Notes: generated by a model not told the origin, from the sequence alone. A stretch of DNA of 47,025 nt from Octopus bimaculoides (GCF_001194135.2 NC_068981.1:179705500-179752524), one strand, 5' to 3'; counted from the stretch's first letter, positions 1 to 12,590 are shown. Program-made: numbers and translations.

Positions 1-350
1 AGAAGAAGAAGAAGAAGAAGAAGAAGAAGAAGAAGAAAAAGAAGAAGAAGAAGAAGAAAAAGAAGAAGAAGGAGGAGGAGGAGAAAAAGAAGAAGAAAAA
101 GAAGAAGAAAAAGAAGAAGAAAAAGAAGAAGAAGAAAAAGGAGGAGGAGAGAGAGAAGAAGAAGAAAAAGGAGGAGAAGAAAAAGATGAAGAAGAAGAAG
201 AAGAAGAAGAAGAAGAAGAAGAAGAAGAAGAAAGGTAATGATGAATGATGATGATGATGATGGTGGTGGTAGTGGTTTTGGTGGTGGTGATGGTAGTGGT
301 GGTGGTGGTGGTGGTGGTGGTGGTGTGATGACGATGATCATGGAGTTGGT
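1..350. repeat. (GAA)n/(GAG)n polypurine microsatellite followed by (GAT)n/(GGT)n
   Basis: Direct reading: 1-235 is almost pure GAA/GAG units; 238-350 is GAT/GGT units. Confidence 0.95.
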
Positions 351-754
351 GATGAGAAAGTGGTGGAGGCGCAGCGTTACAGAAGAGAAAAACGTAAAGA
401 AGCTGTTGATGTCGATGTGATGGTTTTGGTTTTTGTATCTTCTGAAGAACGGGAACAGAATAAAAAAAATAATATGATCGGAGAGTGATGGAACGAAGGG
501 GTCTGTTGAGTGAGAACAAGGCGAACATAAGAAGTGAGAAATGTTACGGATTGTGCTTCCGTATGCATCTACGTTATCTGTGTATAAGTGGCAGGGAAGG
601 GAAGTCAGACGCTAAACAATAGGCCCCGGATGGAATAAAAGATTTAGAGTCTGGATAACGAGATTAATATTGGAGTATTAGCATTGGATCAGCGTTATCG
701 CTAGAATGATTTGTATATCATCTTTAGCTGTCTTCGTCTCTAAACCATGTATGT

Positions 755-1380
755 ATGCGATGCGTGAGTTTGTGTGAGTGTGGGACGACGGGGTGTTTGT
801 GTTTGTGTGGGTGTGTGGGGGTGGATGGGAGGTGGACTGCAAGTGGGATGAGATTCTACATCATATGTAAGTATGCTAATATGTGTATGTGTGTGTGTGT
901 GTATGTGTTCGCGTGTTTCAATGTTTATGTGAGTATGTGTGCGTGTACGTGGGTGTGTGTGTGCGTGTATGCGTAGGTGTGTGTGAGTGAGTGAGCGAGT
1001 ATATGTCTGAGTGTGTGTGTGTGTGTGTATATATATACACACACACGAATGTTTAATTGATTATGTGCTTCTACATACATACATACACACACTAACTCAC
1101 TCACACACGCACACACACATTCTTCCTCTCTCACACACACACACACACGCATACGCACACGCACGCACAGATATATATATATATATATATCATATGTAAC
1201 TGCATGTGTATGAGCATTGAATGTGTATAAAATACATATATATATATACGTATGTATGCATACATATTTTTCTACATACGTATGCATTCTCTCTCTCTCT
1301 CTCTTTCTCTCCCTCTAACACACACACACACACATAGACACAATGAGGTCATACGAGCTAATCTACTAACTGACACAAGT

Positions 1381-1447
<67 letters not shown>
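755..1447. repeat. Degenerate (GT)n/(CA)n/(CT)n/(TA)n microsatellite cluster
   Basis: Direct reading; this explains the CV/HT/YI-repeat ORFs. Confidence 0.9.
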
Positions 1448-1450
<3 letters not shown>

Positions 1451-1880
1451 ACGTAATAATAATATTCAAAATACATACGGTACGAGTGCTAGCGAGGCAT
1501 TTGTTGGGTGGAAAATAAGCGTTTGTTTGAATATTTGTGTTTCCAGCGTAAGTAATTTATGCTCCTTTGACTTCATAGATTTGCATGTTAAGATGAAAGA
1601 ATTTATAACAACCAACCATTCTATGAGGATGTAACCGTGAAGCATGTTTAATACTATATGCATGCGAGAATACGTATAAGCATGTGGTAAAAGGAATGTG
1701 TATGAATGTACATATATATGCGTGTCAATATCGGTTTTATCACACGGTGTTCTCCTTTCTAAGTGCGTGTTACATATGTATGCATGCATTGCATGAATAT
1801 TTTTTTTTAAATATTTATGTATGTGTATATATATATATATATGCATATGTATAAGTATATATGTGTATATGTATGCATAT

Positions 1881-1914
<34 letters not shown>

Positions 1915-2631
1915 NNNNNNNNNNNNNNNNNNNNNNNNNNNNNNNNNNNNNNNNNNNNNNNNNNNNNNNNNNNNNNNNNNNNNNNNNNNNNNNNNNNNNN
2001 NNNNNNNNNNNNNNNNNNNNNNNNNNNNNNNNNNNNNNNNNNNNNNNNNNNNNNNNNNNNNNNNNNNNNNNNNNNNNNNNNNNNNNNNNNNNNNNNNNNN
2101 NNNNNNNNNNNNNNNNNNNNNNNNNNNNNNNNNNNNNNNNNNNNNNNNNNNNNNNNNNNNNNNNNNNNNNNNNNNNNNNNNNNNNNNNNNNNNNNNNNNN
2201 NNNNNNNNNNNNNNNNNNNNNNNNNNNNNNNNNNNNNNNNNNNNNNNNNNNNNNNNNNNNNNNNNNNNNNNNNNNNNNNNNNNNNNNNNNNNNNNNNNNN
2301 NNNNNNNNNNNNNNNNNNNNNNNNNNNNNNNNNNNNNNNNNNNNNNNNNNNNNNNNNNNNNNNNNNNNNNNNNNNNNNNNNNNNNNNNNNNNNNNNNNNN
2401 NNNNNNNNNNNNNNNNNNNNNNNNNNNNNNNNNNNNNNNNNNNNNNNNNNNNNNNNNNNNNNNNNNNNNNNNNNNNNNNNNNNNNNNNNNNNNNNNNNNN
2501 NNNNNNNNNNNNNNNNNNNNNNNNNNNNNNNNNNNNNNNNNNNNNNNNNNNNNNNNNNNNNNNNNNNNNNNNNNNNNNNNNNNNNNNNNNNNNNNNNNNN
2601 NNNNNNNNNNNNNNNNNNNNNNNNNNNNNNN
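1915..2631. other. Assembly gap (first of 14: 1915-2631, 3711-4239, 5136-5631, 20207-20287, 21854-22594, 23634-23643, 23867-23963, 24265-25236, 26201-26920, 29736-29853, 38981-39344, 43201-43210, 44109-44630, 45664-46096)
   Basis: N runs; nearly all are flanked on at least one side by (TA)n or (CA/TG)n tracts. Confidence 0.99.
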
Positions 2632-2842
2632 GTGTATAATGAACTTTCTCTTCCGTCGATTGGATAAAAGTCACGCAAACGAGCTACGTACGAATAAGAA
2701 TCAGTAAGCTGATCCCTGCTAGGGGTTACAAACCACTTTTGATGGAACGAGTGAGCGCCGTAAATTCCCGACGAATATACAGACCACACAGACAATCTGA
2801 TATTGACGTCAAATACACAAAGATTACAGCAAGATCAACAAA

Positions 2843-2845
<3 letters not shown>

Positions 2846-2903
<58 letters not shown>

Positions 2904-2917
2904 AGGAAGAGAGACTC

Positions 2918-2953
<36 letters not shown>

Positions 2954-2964
2954 TGTGTGTGTGT
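2846..2964. repeat. (GA)n/(GT)n microsatellite
   Basis: Direct reading. Confidence 0.95.
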
Positions 2965-3330
2965 AAATGAAAAGGCAGAAAGTGAGACAAGGATGCATGG
3001 AGACAATAAATAAAGAACAACTAGGCATATAATGGACAGGTTATGGAAAATCGATAAAGATGTTGTATAAAAAGGTCTGTTCTTCCTGTCAGATTTAAAA
3101 GGTTGTGGTCATAATTCAAAGACAATAACTATATTCAGTATAACAACGCATCAGAATGCTGCTATCATCTAAGGCACTGTCTGACCAGAAATGGATACGG
3201 TTCGTCATATATCGGTTGTCCGCTATGTTTGAAAACAAATATTGTTCATCTCTTCGAATAAACATCACGGCAGTAACATCTCATAATTTTATAACTTACC
3301 AGCACAGATAAATACATCGGATGACAGATG

Positions 3331-3378
<48 letters not shown>

Positions 3379-6300
3379 GAGGTTTGTGTATGAGGGATGC
3401 TGTGAAGTTCCTGGCAGTAAATGCATCGCACAAGGCCACTACAGCTGTTTCAGACGTGTTCATTATTGATATGAGCAAAAGCGTTACAAATAGAATTCAC
3501 AATTGGAACTTCTCACAGAACCGAACATAGTGACATGCTCTGTATTCAGTCAGTTACTTGTAAATGCGTGCATAACTGGAAGGACAAATTCATATTTGCT
3601 TTAGTAAGTACGCATATGTCAGTATATATTGACATTACAGAGGTGTATTATACTTGACTTTACCTTGGTGCTTTTACTGTTTGAATACCTGATTCTTTCG
3701 AATACTGAATNNNNNNNNNNNNNNNNNNNNNNNNNNNNNNNNNNNNNNNNNNNNNNNNNNNNNNNNNNNNNNNNNNNNNNNNNNNNNNNNNNNNNNNNNN
3801 NNNNNNNNNNNNNNNNNNNNNNNNNNNNNNNNNNNNNNNNNNNNNNNNNNNNNNNNNNNNNNNNNNNNNNNNNNNNNNNNNNNNNNNNNNNNNNNNNNNN
3901 NNNNNNNNNNNNNNNNNNNNNNNNNNNNNNNNNNNNNNNNNNNNNNNNNNNNNNNNNNNNNNNNNNNNNNNNNNNNNNNNNNNNNNNNNNNNNNNNNNNN
4001 NNNNNNNNNNNNNNNNNNNNNNNNNNNNNNNNNNNNNNNNNNNNNNNNNNNNNNNNNNNNNNNNNNNNNNNNNNNNNNNNNNNNNNNNNNNNNNNNNNNN
4101 NNNNNNNNNNNNNNNNNNNNNNNNNNNNNNNNNNNNNNNNNNNNNNNNNNNNNNNNNNNNNNNNNNNNNNNNNNNNNNNNNNNNNNNNNNNNNNNNNNNN
4201 NNNNNNNNNNNNNNNNNNNNNNNNNNNNNNNNNNNNNNNATATATATATATATATATAAATATGAATATATGCGAGTGAATGACTAATGTAAATGAAGTC
4301 TGCTGGTTTCCTAAGGTGAATATATTCCTGAAATTCCTGGGAACAGTTGCGTGCGCAAGAAATCGTTTAAAATGATCCTGAATTTGGTATGACAGAAAAA
4401 TGCAACGCGTATGAAATTCATTTGAGAGAATGGCAATAAAACCCAGCAAAAAACAAAACAAAACAAAATATAAATGTAATACGTCATGCTGTTTATAGGC
4501 ATATATTAGTTTGAAATGCTTCATTGATGATAAATTCAGTATTTTTAAGAATCTCTAATAGCGATATAACTTCAGTCAAATAAATCACAATATATGATAT
4601 TTTTTTTTTTTATTGATTACATGTAAGTTGTCAAAGCTTTGACCTTGCTCTGAGAAATTCGATATTTCAGTATGAAAAGAAAGCTGAGGTAGTTAATTAT
4701 TTTATATATCAATAGGTGAAAAATACCGTCGCTCGGTGAAGAGCATATATTCACATGTATAATTGTTGCCATAACTTGTCATATGACCCTATGAGTACGC
4801 AAGCGAAGCTCCAACATAGTAAGAGACTGACTAGACCCAGATAAAAATATTATTAAATTCTGTTATGATATTCATGACTCATTCAGCCCACAGTCAACTC
4901 AACACTAAATGGATATGTGTAAATGTGTGTGTGTGTGTGTGCGTATGTTGTGCTGTGTGTGTGAGAGAGAGTGGTGTGTGTGTGTGTGTGGAGATAGATG
5001 GTCTTGTGCTTAAAGTGTGCGGCTCATAATCACAACTACATAGGTTATATTCCTGGAACAGATGGTAAACTAAGACTTTGGTAAATGCACTTCGTCTAAA
5101 AATTCTGCAGTCAATATATTAAAATCTTTATATATNNNNNNNNNNNNNNNNNNNNNNNNNNNNNNNNNNNNNNNNNNNNNNNNNNNNNNNNNNNNNNNNN
5201 NNNNNNNNNNNNNNNNNNNNNNNNNNNNNNNNNNNNNNNNNNNNNNNNNNNNNNNNNNNNNNNNNNNNNNNNNNNNNNNNNNNNNNNNNNNNNNNNNNNN
5301 NNNNNNNNNNNNNNNNNNNNNNNNNNNNNNNNNNNNNNNNNNNNNNNNNNNNNNNNNNNNNNNNNNNNNNNNNNNNNNNNNNNNNNNNNNNNNNNNNNNN
5401 NNNNNNNNNNNNNNNNNNNNNNNNNNNNNNNNNNNNNNNNNNNNNNNNNNNNNNNNNNNNNNNNNNNNNNNNNNNNNNNNNNNNNNNNNNNNNNNNNNNN
5501 NNNNNNNNNNNNNNNNNNNNNNNNNNNNNNNNNNNNNNNNNNNNNNNNNNNNNNNNNNNNNNNNNNNNNNNNNNNNNNNNNNNNNNNNNNNNNNNNNNNN
5601 NNNNNNNNNNNNNNNNNNNNNNNNNNNNNNNATATATATATATATATAGACAGGTAGATAGATAGAGAGATGAAGAGACAGAGAGATAGATCGATAAATG
5701 ATATGGGTATAGTTATATACGTACTGTGAGAGATTTATATACGGTAAATAACTATGATCGCGTTACTTTCATTATGATAATCAAAATTGAATAAAGGATA
5801 CTGTGCATCCTCTCATAGGAGGATGCACAATCATTTCCTTCAATATATGTGTGTATGGTGTGTGCGCCTGCGTGTGCGTGTATATGTGGGTGTCTTGGTG
5901 TGTGTGTGTGTGTTTATATGTGTTGTTGCATATAATACAAAGTGGACATAATACAAAGCATAAAATAATTATTTAGATAGTGCTAGAATAGTTTGATATT
6001 CTACAGCCGTCTTCTCTTAGTTTAACGATTTCGATTCTACGAAACGAAATGATTATAAGATTTTTAGCTGAAAAATTTCTTATTCCCATTACCAAAAATG
6101 TACAGTTGGATCATTTATCCATCACATGTGGTACGAAACCAGTCTGAGTGCTGCACAATAATAATGTAATTTGATTTCTTCCTTATTTAGTTGGTGAGGT
6201 AAGTAGATGTTGTGATGTTATTACTTTTCCCTACAGTATTCCACTGTATCTCGACCTTTGTCATGATTAGGTAAAATAAAATAAAGCCTACTGTGCCAAC

Positions 6301-6852
6301 ATGGTTTGGCGAATAAACTGCTGGTATTCCGTGCACTGGGAGTTGCTTCAGTACAAATAAACATTGTTGAGTTGTATTCAATTCTCTGGTGTGTCTTCGA
6401 GATATATTACTTAAAAGAGAAGTAACACTAGTACAGTGTATTAATGACGCAAACCTCAACTCACTAAGCTTGCGCTGGCATTCCTTCAAAGATGTTTTAT
6501 AAAATTGTCCCAACTTTAAATAAACAAATTCAAATTATTTCATCATCAAACAAAAGCACCACACTGTTTCTCGGGATAAAAAGTAATGTAAAGTGTTTAA
6601 TAGAATACGTTCGCATATAAACTGCATAAAAATCTAAAATTTAATCAAACACACTTGTGTAGTGTATATGCCACTGTCTTTCTGAAATTTTATGCATGTA
6701 GTTGTGTTATATGTATCTGTCTTACATTTCTGTTCGTGCGTACAGTAAATACTTCTTCACATAAATAAATAAGCAAATCAAATCATACTCTGATAGTAAC
6801 CATAGAAATCCCCACTGCTATGTTGATTAGTCTAGCAACAAAACAAAACAAA

Positions 6853-6937
<85 letters not shown>

Positions 6938-6962
6938 GTGATGGTGATGATGATGGTGATGG

Positions 6963-7008
<46 letters not shown>

Positions 7009-7030
7009 AATGATGATGATGATGATAATG

Positions 7031-7075
<45 letters not shown>

Positions 7076-7117
7076 TTATTATTGTTATTGCTGTTGTTGT
7101 TGTCGTTGTTATTATTT
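6853..7117. repeat. Compound trinucleotide microsatellite (AAT)n-(GAT/GGT)n-(AAT)n-(GTT)n
   Basis: Direct reading; gives the poly-N/poly-D and poly-M/poly-I ORFs. Confidence 0.95.
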
Positions 7118-7984
7118 AATTTTTCTATTTTACTTCAGCAGAAAGCTTTGCCATATTCAGATAACTGATAAGGAAGATTGATGGCAAATGTGATGGAGGG
7201 TCATCATACACCAGTTGCTAGAATTATTTAATAAAACTATGAAAACTGTTAAACTTACTTTAGTTTCCAGTCACTCAGTGATTTAACATTCATGAAGCTA
7301 CTATGTCTGTTCCCTCCTCTCACCACTTTACAACATTTGTGAGGATTTTCTTTCATTGCTTTTTTTTTTTTATCATTATCATCTTCCTCGCTGTTCTTCT
7401 ATTTACTTTCTGTACTCATTCAACATTTTATTACCCACCCACCTAGTCCTTTCTCATTTTCAACGACACATCCTTTCATTTGATGTGGTTATTCTATTTC
7501 TTCATCTTGATTTTCCTTCTTGCAGAAGATGTCATTGTCGTACAATGAATTTGTATCAGCAAGCACAACCTTCCTTCGTCTATTTTGTATCTTGATTTGA
7601 TGAATAATGATAAAAAAAAGTACCCTTAGCCTGGAGACATTTTTCTGGGCCCAAAAATAAACTTCCGTAAATTCGTAATATCTGTTCAACAGTCATATGA
7701 ACAGATTATTGCAGCGGTTATGGTGGAGGTGCTAGTGTTTGTTTGCCTAGAGTCACAGAAAGAAGCATTGTCTATAAGTATTCATAGATTTAAAGGAAAC
7801 AAATCTATAATTTCTCATTCTGAAGCACGTTAAAATGTAAGTAAAAAAAATCAATTCTTTTCCTATCTTCAAGGAATTAAAGCCAAAATGTATGTATGTG
7901 TATATATATGTCGGAATGTAGGTGTATAGGAGCTTAAGAGAGAAAAAGATTTGAATATTCACCTGAACATATCTATATATATTT

Positions 7985-8002
7985 ATATTTATAAGTTTTC
8001 TC

Positions 8003-8062
<60 letters not shown>
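7985..8062. repeat. (TA)n(GT)n microsatellite
   Basis: Direct reading. Confidence 0.9.
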
Positions 8063-8064
<2 letters not shown>

Positions 8065-10462
8065 CTCTATGTATTATGTATGTTTTCATATGTTCATGTA
8101 TACATATGTTCATACACACATTCTAGCATATATTTGTGTATGCATGGTTTAAGGTTTTCTATGTATGCATGCGTATGTGTTAGTACAAGTATGCAGAAAT
8201 GTGTATATATGCATATGTTTGTCTGTACTTATGTGTTTAAGACTTAGTCTTTCATATACACGTGACTATGAATTTAAGAGTCTATACATAGTTAAGTATT
8301 TATTTACAAGCATACCTCTATGTACGTGTGTGCTTTCCCTTTAATCAATATGTTTCTGCATATATATATAAGTATGCGAGTGAGTTTGTATTTGTGTGCG
8401 AGTGTGCAAAATTGTGTACCTTTGAGAGTCAGTGTCTATGGCTATGAGAGTAATCTCTTACATTAAATCAAATGAAAATGTGAATATAGAGATAATGGAA
8501 CATAGAAAATAAATAGTTGGCAACTTGATTCAGAAATTTAGGGACGGAACATTTGGCTTCTTTTTCAGTGAAGAACTTAAGGAAGCCTTTAAGTTTGGGA
8601 CTATTAAAATTAGATAGCTGGTTAGTGTGAGTACATTTGAATAAAAAATGTATTATTGCTTGCGTATTCACAAGACCAAACAACACCGGAAGGGATAGAA
8701 TGTGGCATATTTCCATTCTTCGGTTAATATTTGCTAATAAAACGGGAGATGGCTCACATAAGCTTTCTTACTTTTGAGTACAATTTGATATGCTAGTGAA
8801 TGAAACGTTAACTTTGCAGACCGAAAAGATAAATAATTGCCCAAGATTTAAATATCTATTTGTTTTAAATTATCGATGAAGTTTTGATGAGATCTCTTGG
8901 ACGACGTATTGATCGGTTTGATTTATATAGTATTTATAACGTAACTTCTGAAAGGATAAGCAAACATCTTTAATCGATGGCTTGTGATTCAATTTCGCTA
9001 TACTGATGTACGCCATTAATAATGTAGAATAAATGCTAAATGGTGATAAGATTATCATAAGCTTTATTAACTTTATCGTAAACTTTGGAGAAATTCCGAG
9101 TATTTCTCATAAACTAGCAGCACTACAGATAACGTTGGTGTAGAGAATTATTGATTGCAATTACTAACAGCATTTGCCATTTTGTACTGTTAAATAACTT
9201 GTTGATAGTTAATAATTAATAAAAACCTTTATCTTACAATTAAAAAAGTAAAATGCCAATATCAGGGATTCACTTTATATGAACAAGAACGTTCATGGTA
9301 ATTATATCTGAATTCATGTATAATATACAGTGACTCCAAAATTGATTAATGGAGCATTTGGAAATGTAGATAAGTATAATTGATTCCATCTGTACTGTTA
9401 CGCGCATGCCTATCCAATTTTGGAAGGGCAATTCTGGATGTCTCAGACAAGAACAACCTTCATTATTTACTTTTCATATCTTTCTCTTACTAACTACCTG
9501 TCTCTCTCTCTCTCACTCTCACTCTCACTCACACTCTCACTCTGTATGACTGTCTCTGGCTCTCTGTCGCTCTGTCTCTGTATCTCTGTTTCTGTCTCTG
9601 TCTGTCTGTCTGTCTTCTCTTTCTCTTTCCATGTCTATTTTAATCTAAACCGATTTCCAGAGGAAAGAATAACACGTGGTATAAAGCATACGATTAGAAT
9701 TGCTTACAAAGGTTCTCACCAAACCATATTATGCAATATCTATAAAATATCAAATGATCACTTCTGTTAAATGATATTAATACTAATATTGATATTTTCG
9801 TTGTTTTCTCTAAAGCTTTCAACTTTCGTACACTGTATCCAGGAATAGAATGCGATCTCGTAAGTAGACATACTGGAAGACTTCAAAAGCTTTGACTAAA
9901 TTACTCTGGTCTTCTTCAATTGATAACAAATTCTATATTATAAGACGTACTAAAAGCCATCAAGTATAACGAAAATACTATAATGACTCAATGTCTTAGG
10001 AGCCGAGAATAAGGTTTGTTATGATATTCCTGTTTCTTTTATATATGCTGTCTAAGCTGAGCAAAATCAATTGAGCTGTATGCATGAACATACCATGTTG
10101 ATATTACAGATCTTCATCTACTCTTTAACAATGTCCATTACTGTAACTTTGGGATGAATACCAGTTGATAACTATTTAATCCAATATTTTCTCCTCAGAT
10201 CAAGAAGAACTCTTAGGAGTGTATTTGCACGGTTCAGTAGGTAACTTCAAAATGGTCGCCTGTATTTACAGGGTTTCCTGCCGTCAAAAATGATTTGGAT
10301 CCCACCAAAATGACATGTAACTTAAAAACAGCAAGATCATCTATGTTATCGAAAAGAGCCAACTTCGGGCTAAAAGCCAGCGCTTATGATCATTGGTCCA
10401 TCCCACTATAAACACACACACACAGACACGCACACACACACATAAGTATGTATGTATATTAT

Positions 10463-10603
10463 GGGTGCAGGAATAGCTGTGTGGATAAGAAGCTTATTTT
10501 GCAGCCAGGTATTTTCTGGAAGGCACCTTGGAAAATTGTCATCTACAATAGACCCGGGCACTGAAAGTTAATTTGTTAAGCGGAAAGTGTGTGGAAGCCC
10601 ATC

Positions 10604-10657
<54 letters not shown>

Positions 10658-11071
10658 TATACGTTGTTTATACACCTGTCTTCGTCTTTTGTTTTTCTGT
10701 AAATTTCAACTATATATATGTGTGTATGTGTGTGTATGTGCATTTATATATGTATATATACACACACACATATATATATATATATATGTATGTACATATG
10801 TTTATGTGTGTATGTATGTGCATATATTTATAAGGTATAATCTATAAACATGATATATATATATGTCTTCGTGTTTATGTTTTTGCACTACACTCCCGCT
10901 TGACAACATTTGTTGGTTTGTTTATGACCTGCAATCTAGTAGTTTGGTAAAAGAAACCGATAGAACGAGTACTAGCCTTATCAAAAATAAGCGCTTGGCT
11001 CGATGTGTTTGAATTAACACATTAAGGAGGTACTCCAGCATGGCCACAGTCCCGGTAAAAGAGATAAAAGA
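10463..11071 (+). mobile_element. SINE family A, old diverged copy with expanded internal (TA/TG)n linker
   Basis: Head 'gcaggaatagctgtgtggataagaagctt...ggcaccttggaaaattgtc...gaagcccatcg' and 3' half 'cgcttgacaac...ccgatagaacgagtactag...ggaggtactccagcatggccacagt...gataaaagata' align by eye to the 13635-14069 copy. Confidence 0.8.
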
Positions 11072-11464
11072 TATCGTTGAAGCTTATTTTACCCAGTACT
11101 TAGTGGTATAAACTATAAATGTTGAATCTTGTATTGAACGCAGTTACGCTAAGCATTTAATCTACCTCTTTCCTGCTCTGCTGATAATTCTAAACATTAT
11201 CAAAAAATCAATATGTATTGATTTCTTTCTTAACTAAACAAATGTCTAATTATATGTTAGAGTAAAGTCGATTCAATCATTCTTTACAATGGTGTTGTAT
11301 TAGTATATGTAATCAAAACCAGAAGGATAGAATATAAATAGGACGATAAGGACTAGGAAAACTATGAGAAGATTCAAAGCAGATATTGAAGTAGGCGGAA
11401 AATGTTGAATGTTTCGACTGTAACCGGTGGCATCAGAATTTAGTAACACTAATTCCTATTAACC

Positions 11465-11947
11465 CCGACAAAGTCCAATCCTTGTTGCGTTGAGAGAGCT
11501 TGTGAGCCTCAGTAAGCTCAATATCACCACGAGTTATGCGAACGGAGTGCATGCTCCTGGTAGGGATTTCCATTCTGGATGGGCTAAAACAGGGTTTCCC
11601 ATAGTGGGCGGTACTGACCCCTTGGGGGTGGGGTGAAAAGGTTTAGGGGGCGTTGAAGAAGAGTGGGGCGATAATGGATTGTAAACAGGAGAGTGGGTCG
11701 ATGACAAGAGCCAACAGGAGAGAAGCAAAAACCAACATCTGGCATTACACTTCAGACCCTGATCTGGAAGCCAGAAAGGCGGCAGAAGGGAGGACATCCT
11801 AAAATAGCAGAAGGCGAGTCACTTAGATGGATCTGAAGATGAGAACATCCAACTGAAGAGAAGCAGAAAAGACAGCCCAAAGTCAGAACAGGGGGGGATC
11901 GTTGATGGGCTATGTTCCATAGGGAGGGAAACGCTTAAGCAAGTAAG
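11465..11947 (+). mobile_element. Internally deleted RTE-clade non-LTR retrotransposon (5' UTR piece plus ORF C-terminus plus AAGT tail)
   Basis: 11726-11940 translates, with frameshifts, as QKPTSGITLQTLIWKPERRQKGGHPKI / DLKMRTSN*REAEKTAQ / IVDGLCSIGRETLK, matching the RTE C-terminal pattern (ALxWxPEGxRxRGRPK...W...AQDR..W...GLCS), and ends in 'taagcaagtaagtaa'. 11530-11583 'gagttatgcgaacggagtgcatgctcctggtaggg' resembles RTE 5' UTRs (recalled). Flanking 15 bp direct repeat with 12/15 identity. Confidence 0.75.
11590..11690 (+). mobile_element. Possible left end of a hAT-like non-autonomous DNA transposon
   Basis: Begins CAGGGTTTCCCA(t)AGTGGGCGGTAC, like Charlie/hAT termini (CAGGGGTTCCCAA); GC-rich; no right end found. 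Confidence 0.4.
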
Positions 11948-12242
11948 TAATTTCTGTTTACCATTACAAGGCTACATCAATGGCTACAGGACGATAAAGA
12001 CCAAATTTGACATTGGCAGTATTTGAATTAAAATCATTTAGGATGAAAGCAAAATACATAAATTAAGGAAATTAGTATATAACCTTGTGTTTCTGTAATA
12101 TGGTCGCCTGAGAATTGAAGACCATTAGGTAATCTTTATATCCAACTTAATATGGATGTCTTGTTAGAAATCAGAACACTAAATTATTAGCCATGAGAGA
12201 ACTTCTCACATAGATGCTTGGTGCATAAAAGCACACGCATGG

Positions 12243-12362
12243 ATCGTAGCAGACGAGAATCGTCTGTCAGGGCCGCCGGAATATCCATATCACGTAATTT
12301 CATTCTACTGGAAATCATCAGGGGGAAGCGTCCCCGTGCCAGTTAAATCTCGCTGCTACGAT
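12243..12362. other. 120 bp element bounded by 15/16 bp inverted repeats, with internal hairpins (MITE or structured RNA)
   Basis: ATCGTAGCAGACGAGA (12243-12258) versus TCTCGCTGCTACGAT (12348-12362), one indel. Internal stems CAGACGA/TCGTCTG, GGGGA/TCCCC, ACTGG/CCAGT. Confidence 0.6.
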
Positions 12363-12590
12363 ATATAGAATACCAGTACCTTTTGAGACACTGATGTCGC
12401 AAATAGTCATTGATTATTAGCAACGGAATCAGTATTAATACCAAAAGGTGATCTTTATATTCAAATTGACATGGGCATCATTCCGATCTGTGTGTGAACT
12501 TTTAGGCACCAAGCGTCTAGATGAGAGGAACTCTCAAGGTTAATAATGGAGTATTCGGTGTTCTAACAAGATACTTAAATGAAGTCGTTT

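Noticed and set aside
6820-7168. Poly-N/poly-D ORF
   Set aside because: Pure AAT/GAT microsatellite.
8569-8626. EELKEAFK, EF-hand-like peptide after a good acceptor
   Set aside because: That frame stops before the only good donor; the alternative donor gtttgg is weak; eight residues are not enough.
11920-11950. Splice donor AAGCAA|gtaagt
   Set aside because: It is the RTE (AAGT)n tail.
12290-12345. Type III hammerhead on the minus strand (hairpin-CTGATGA...GAAA)
   Set aside because: Stem II closes on a T-T mismatch, there is no NUH triplet before stem I, and stem III cannot form.
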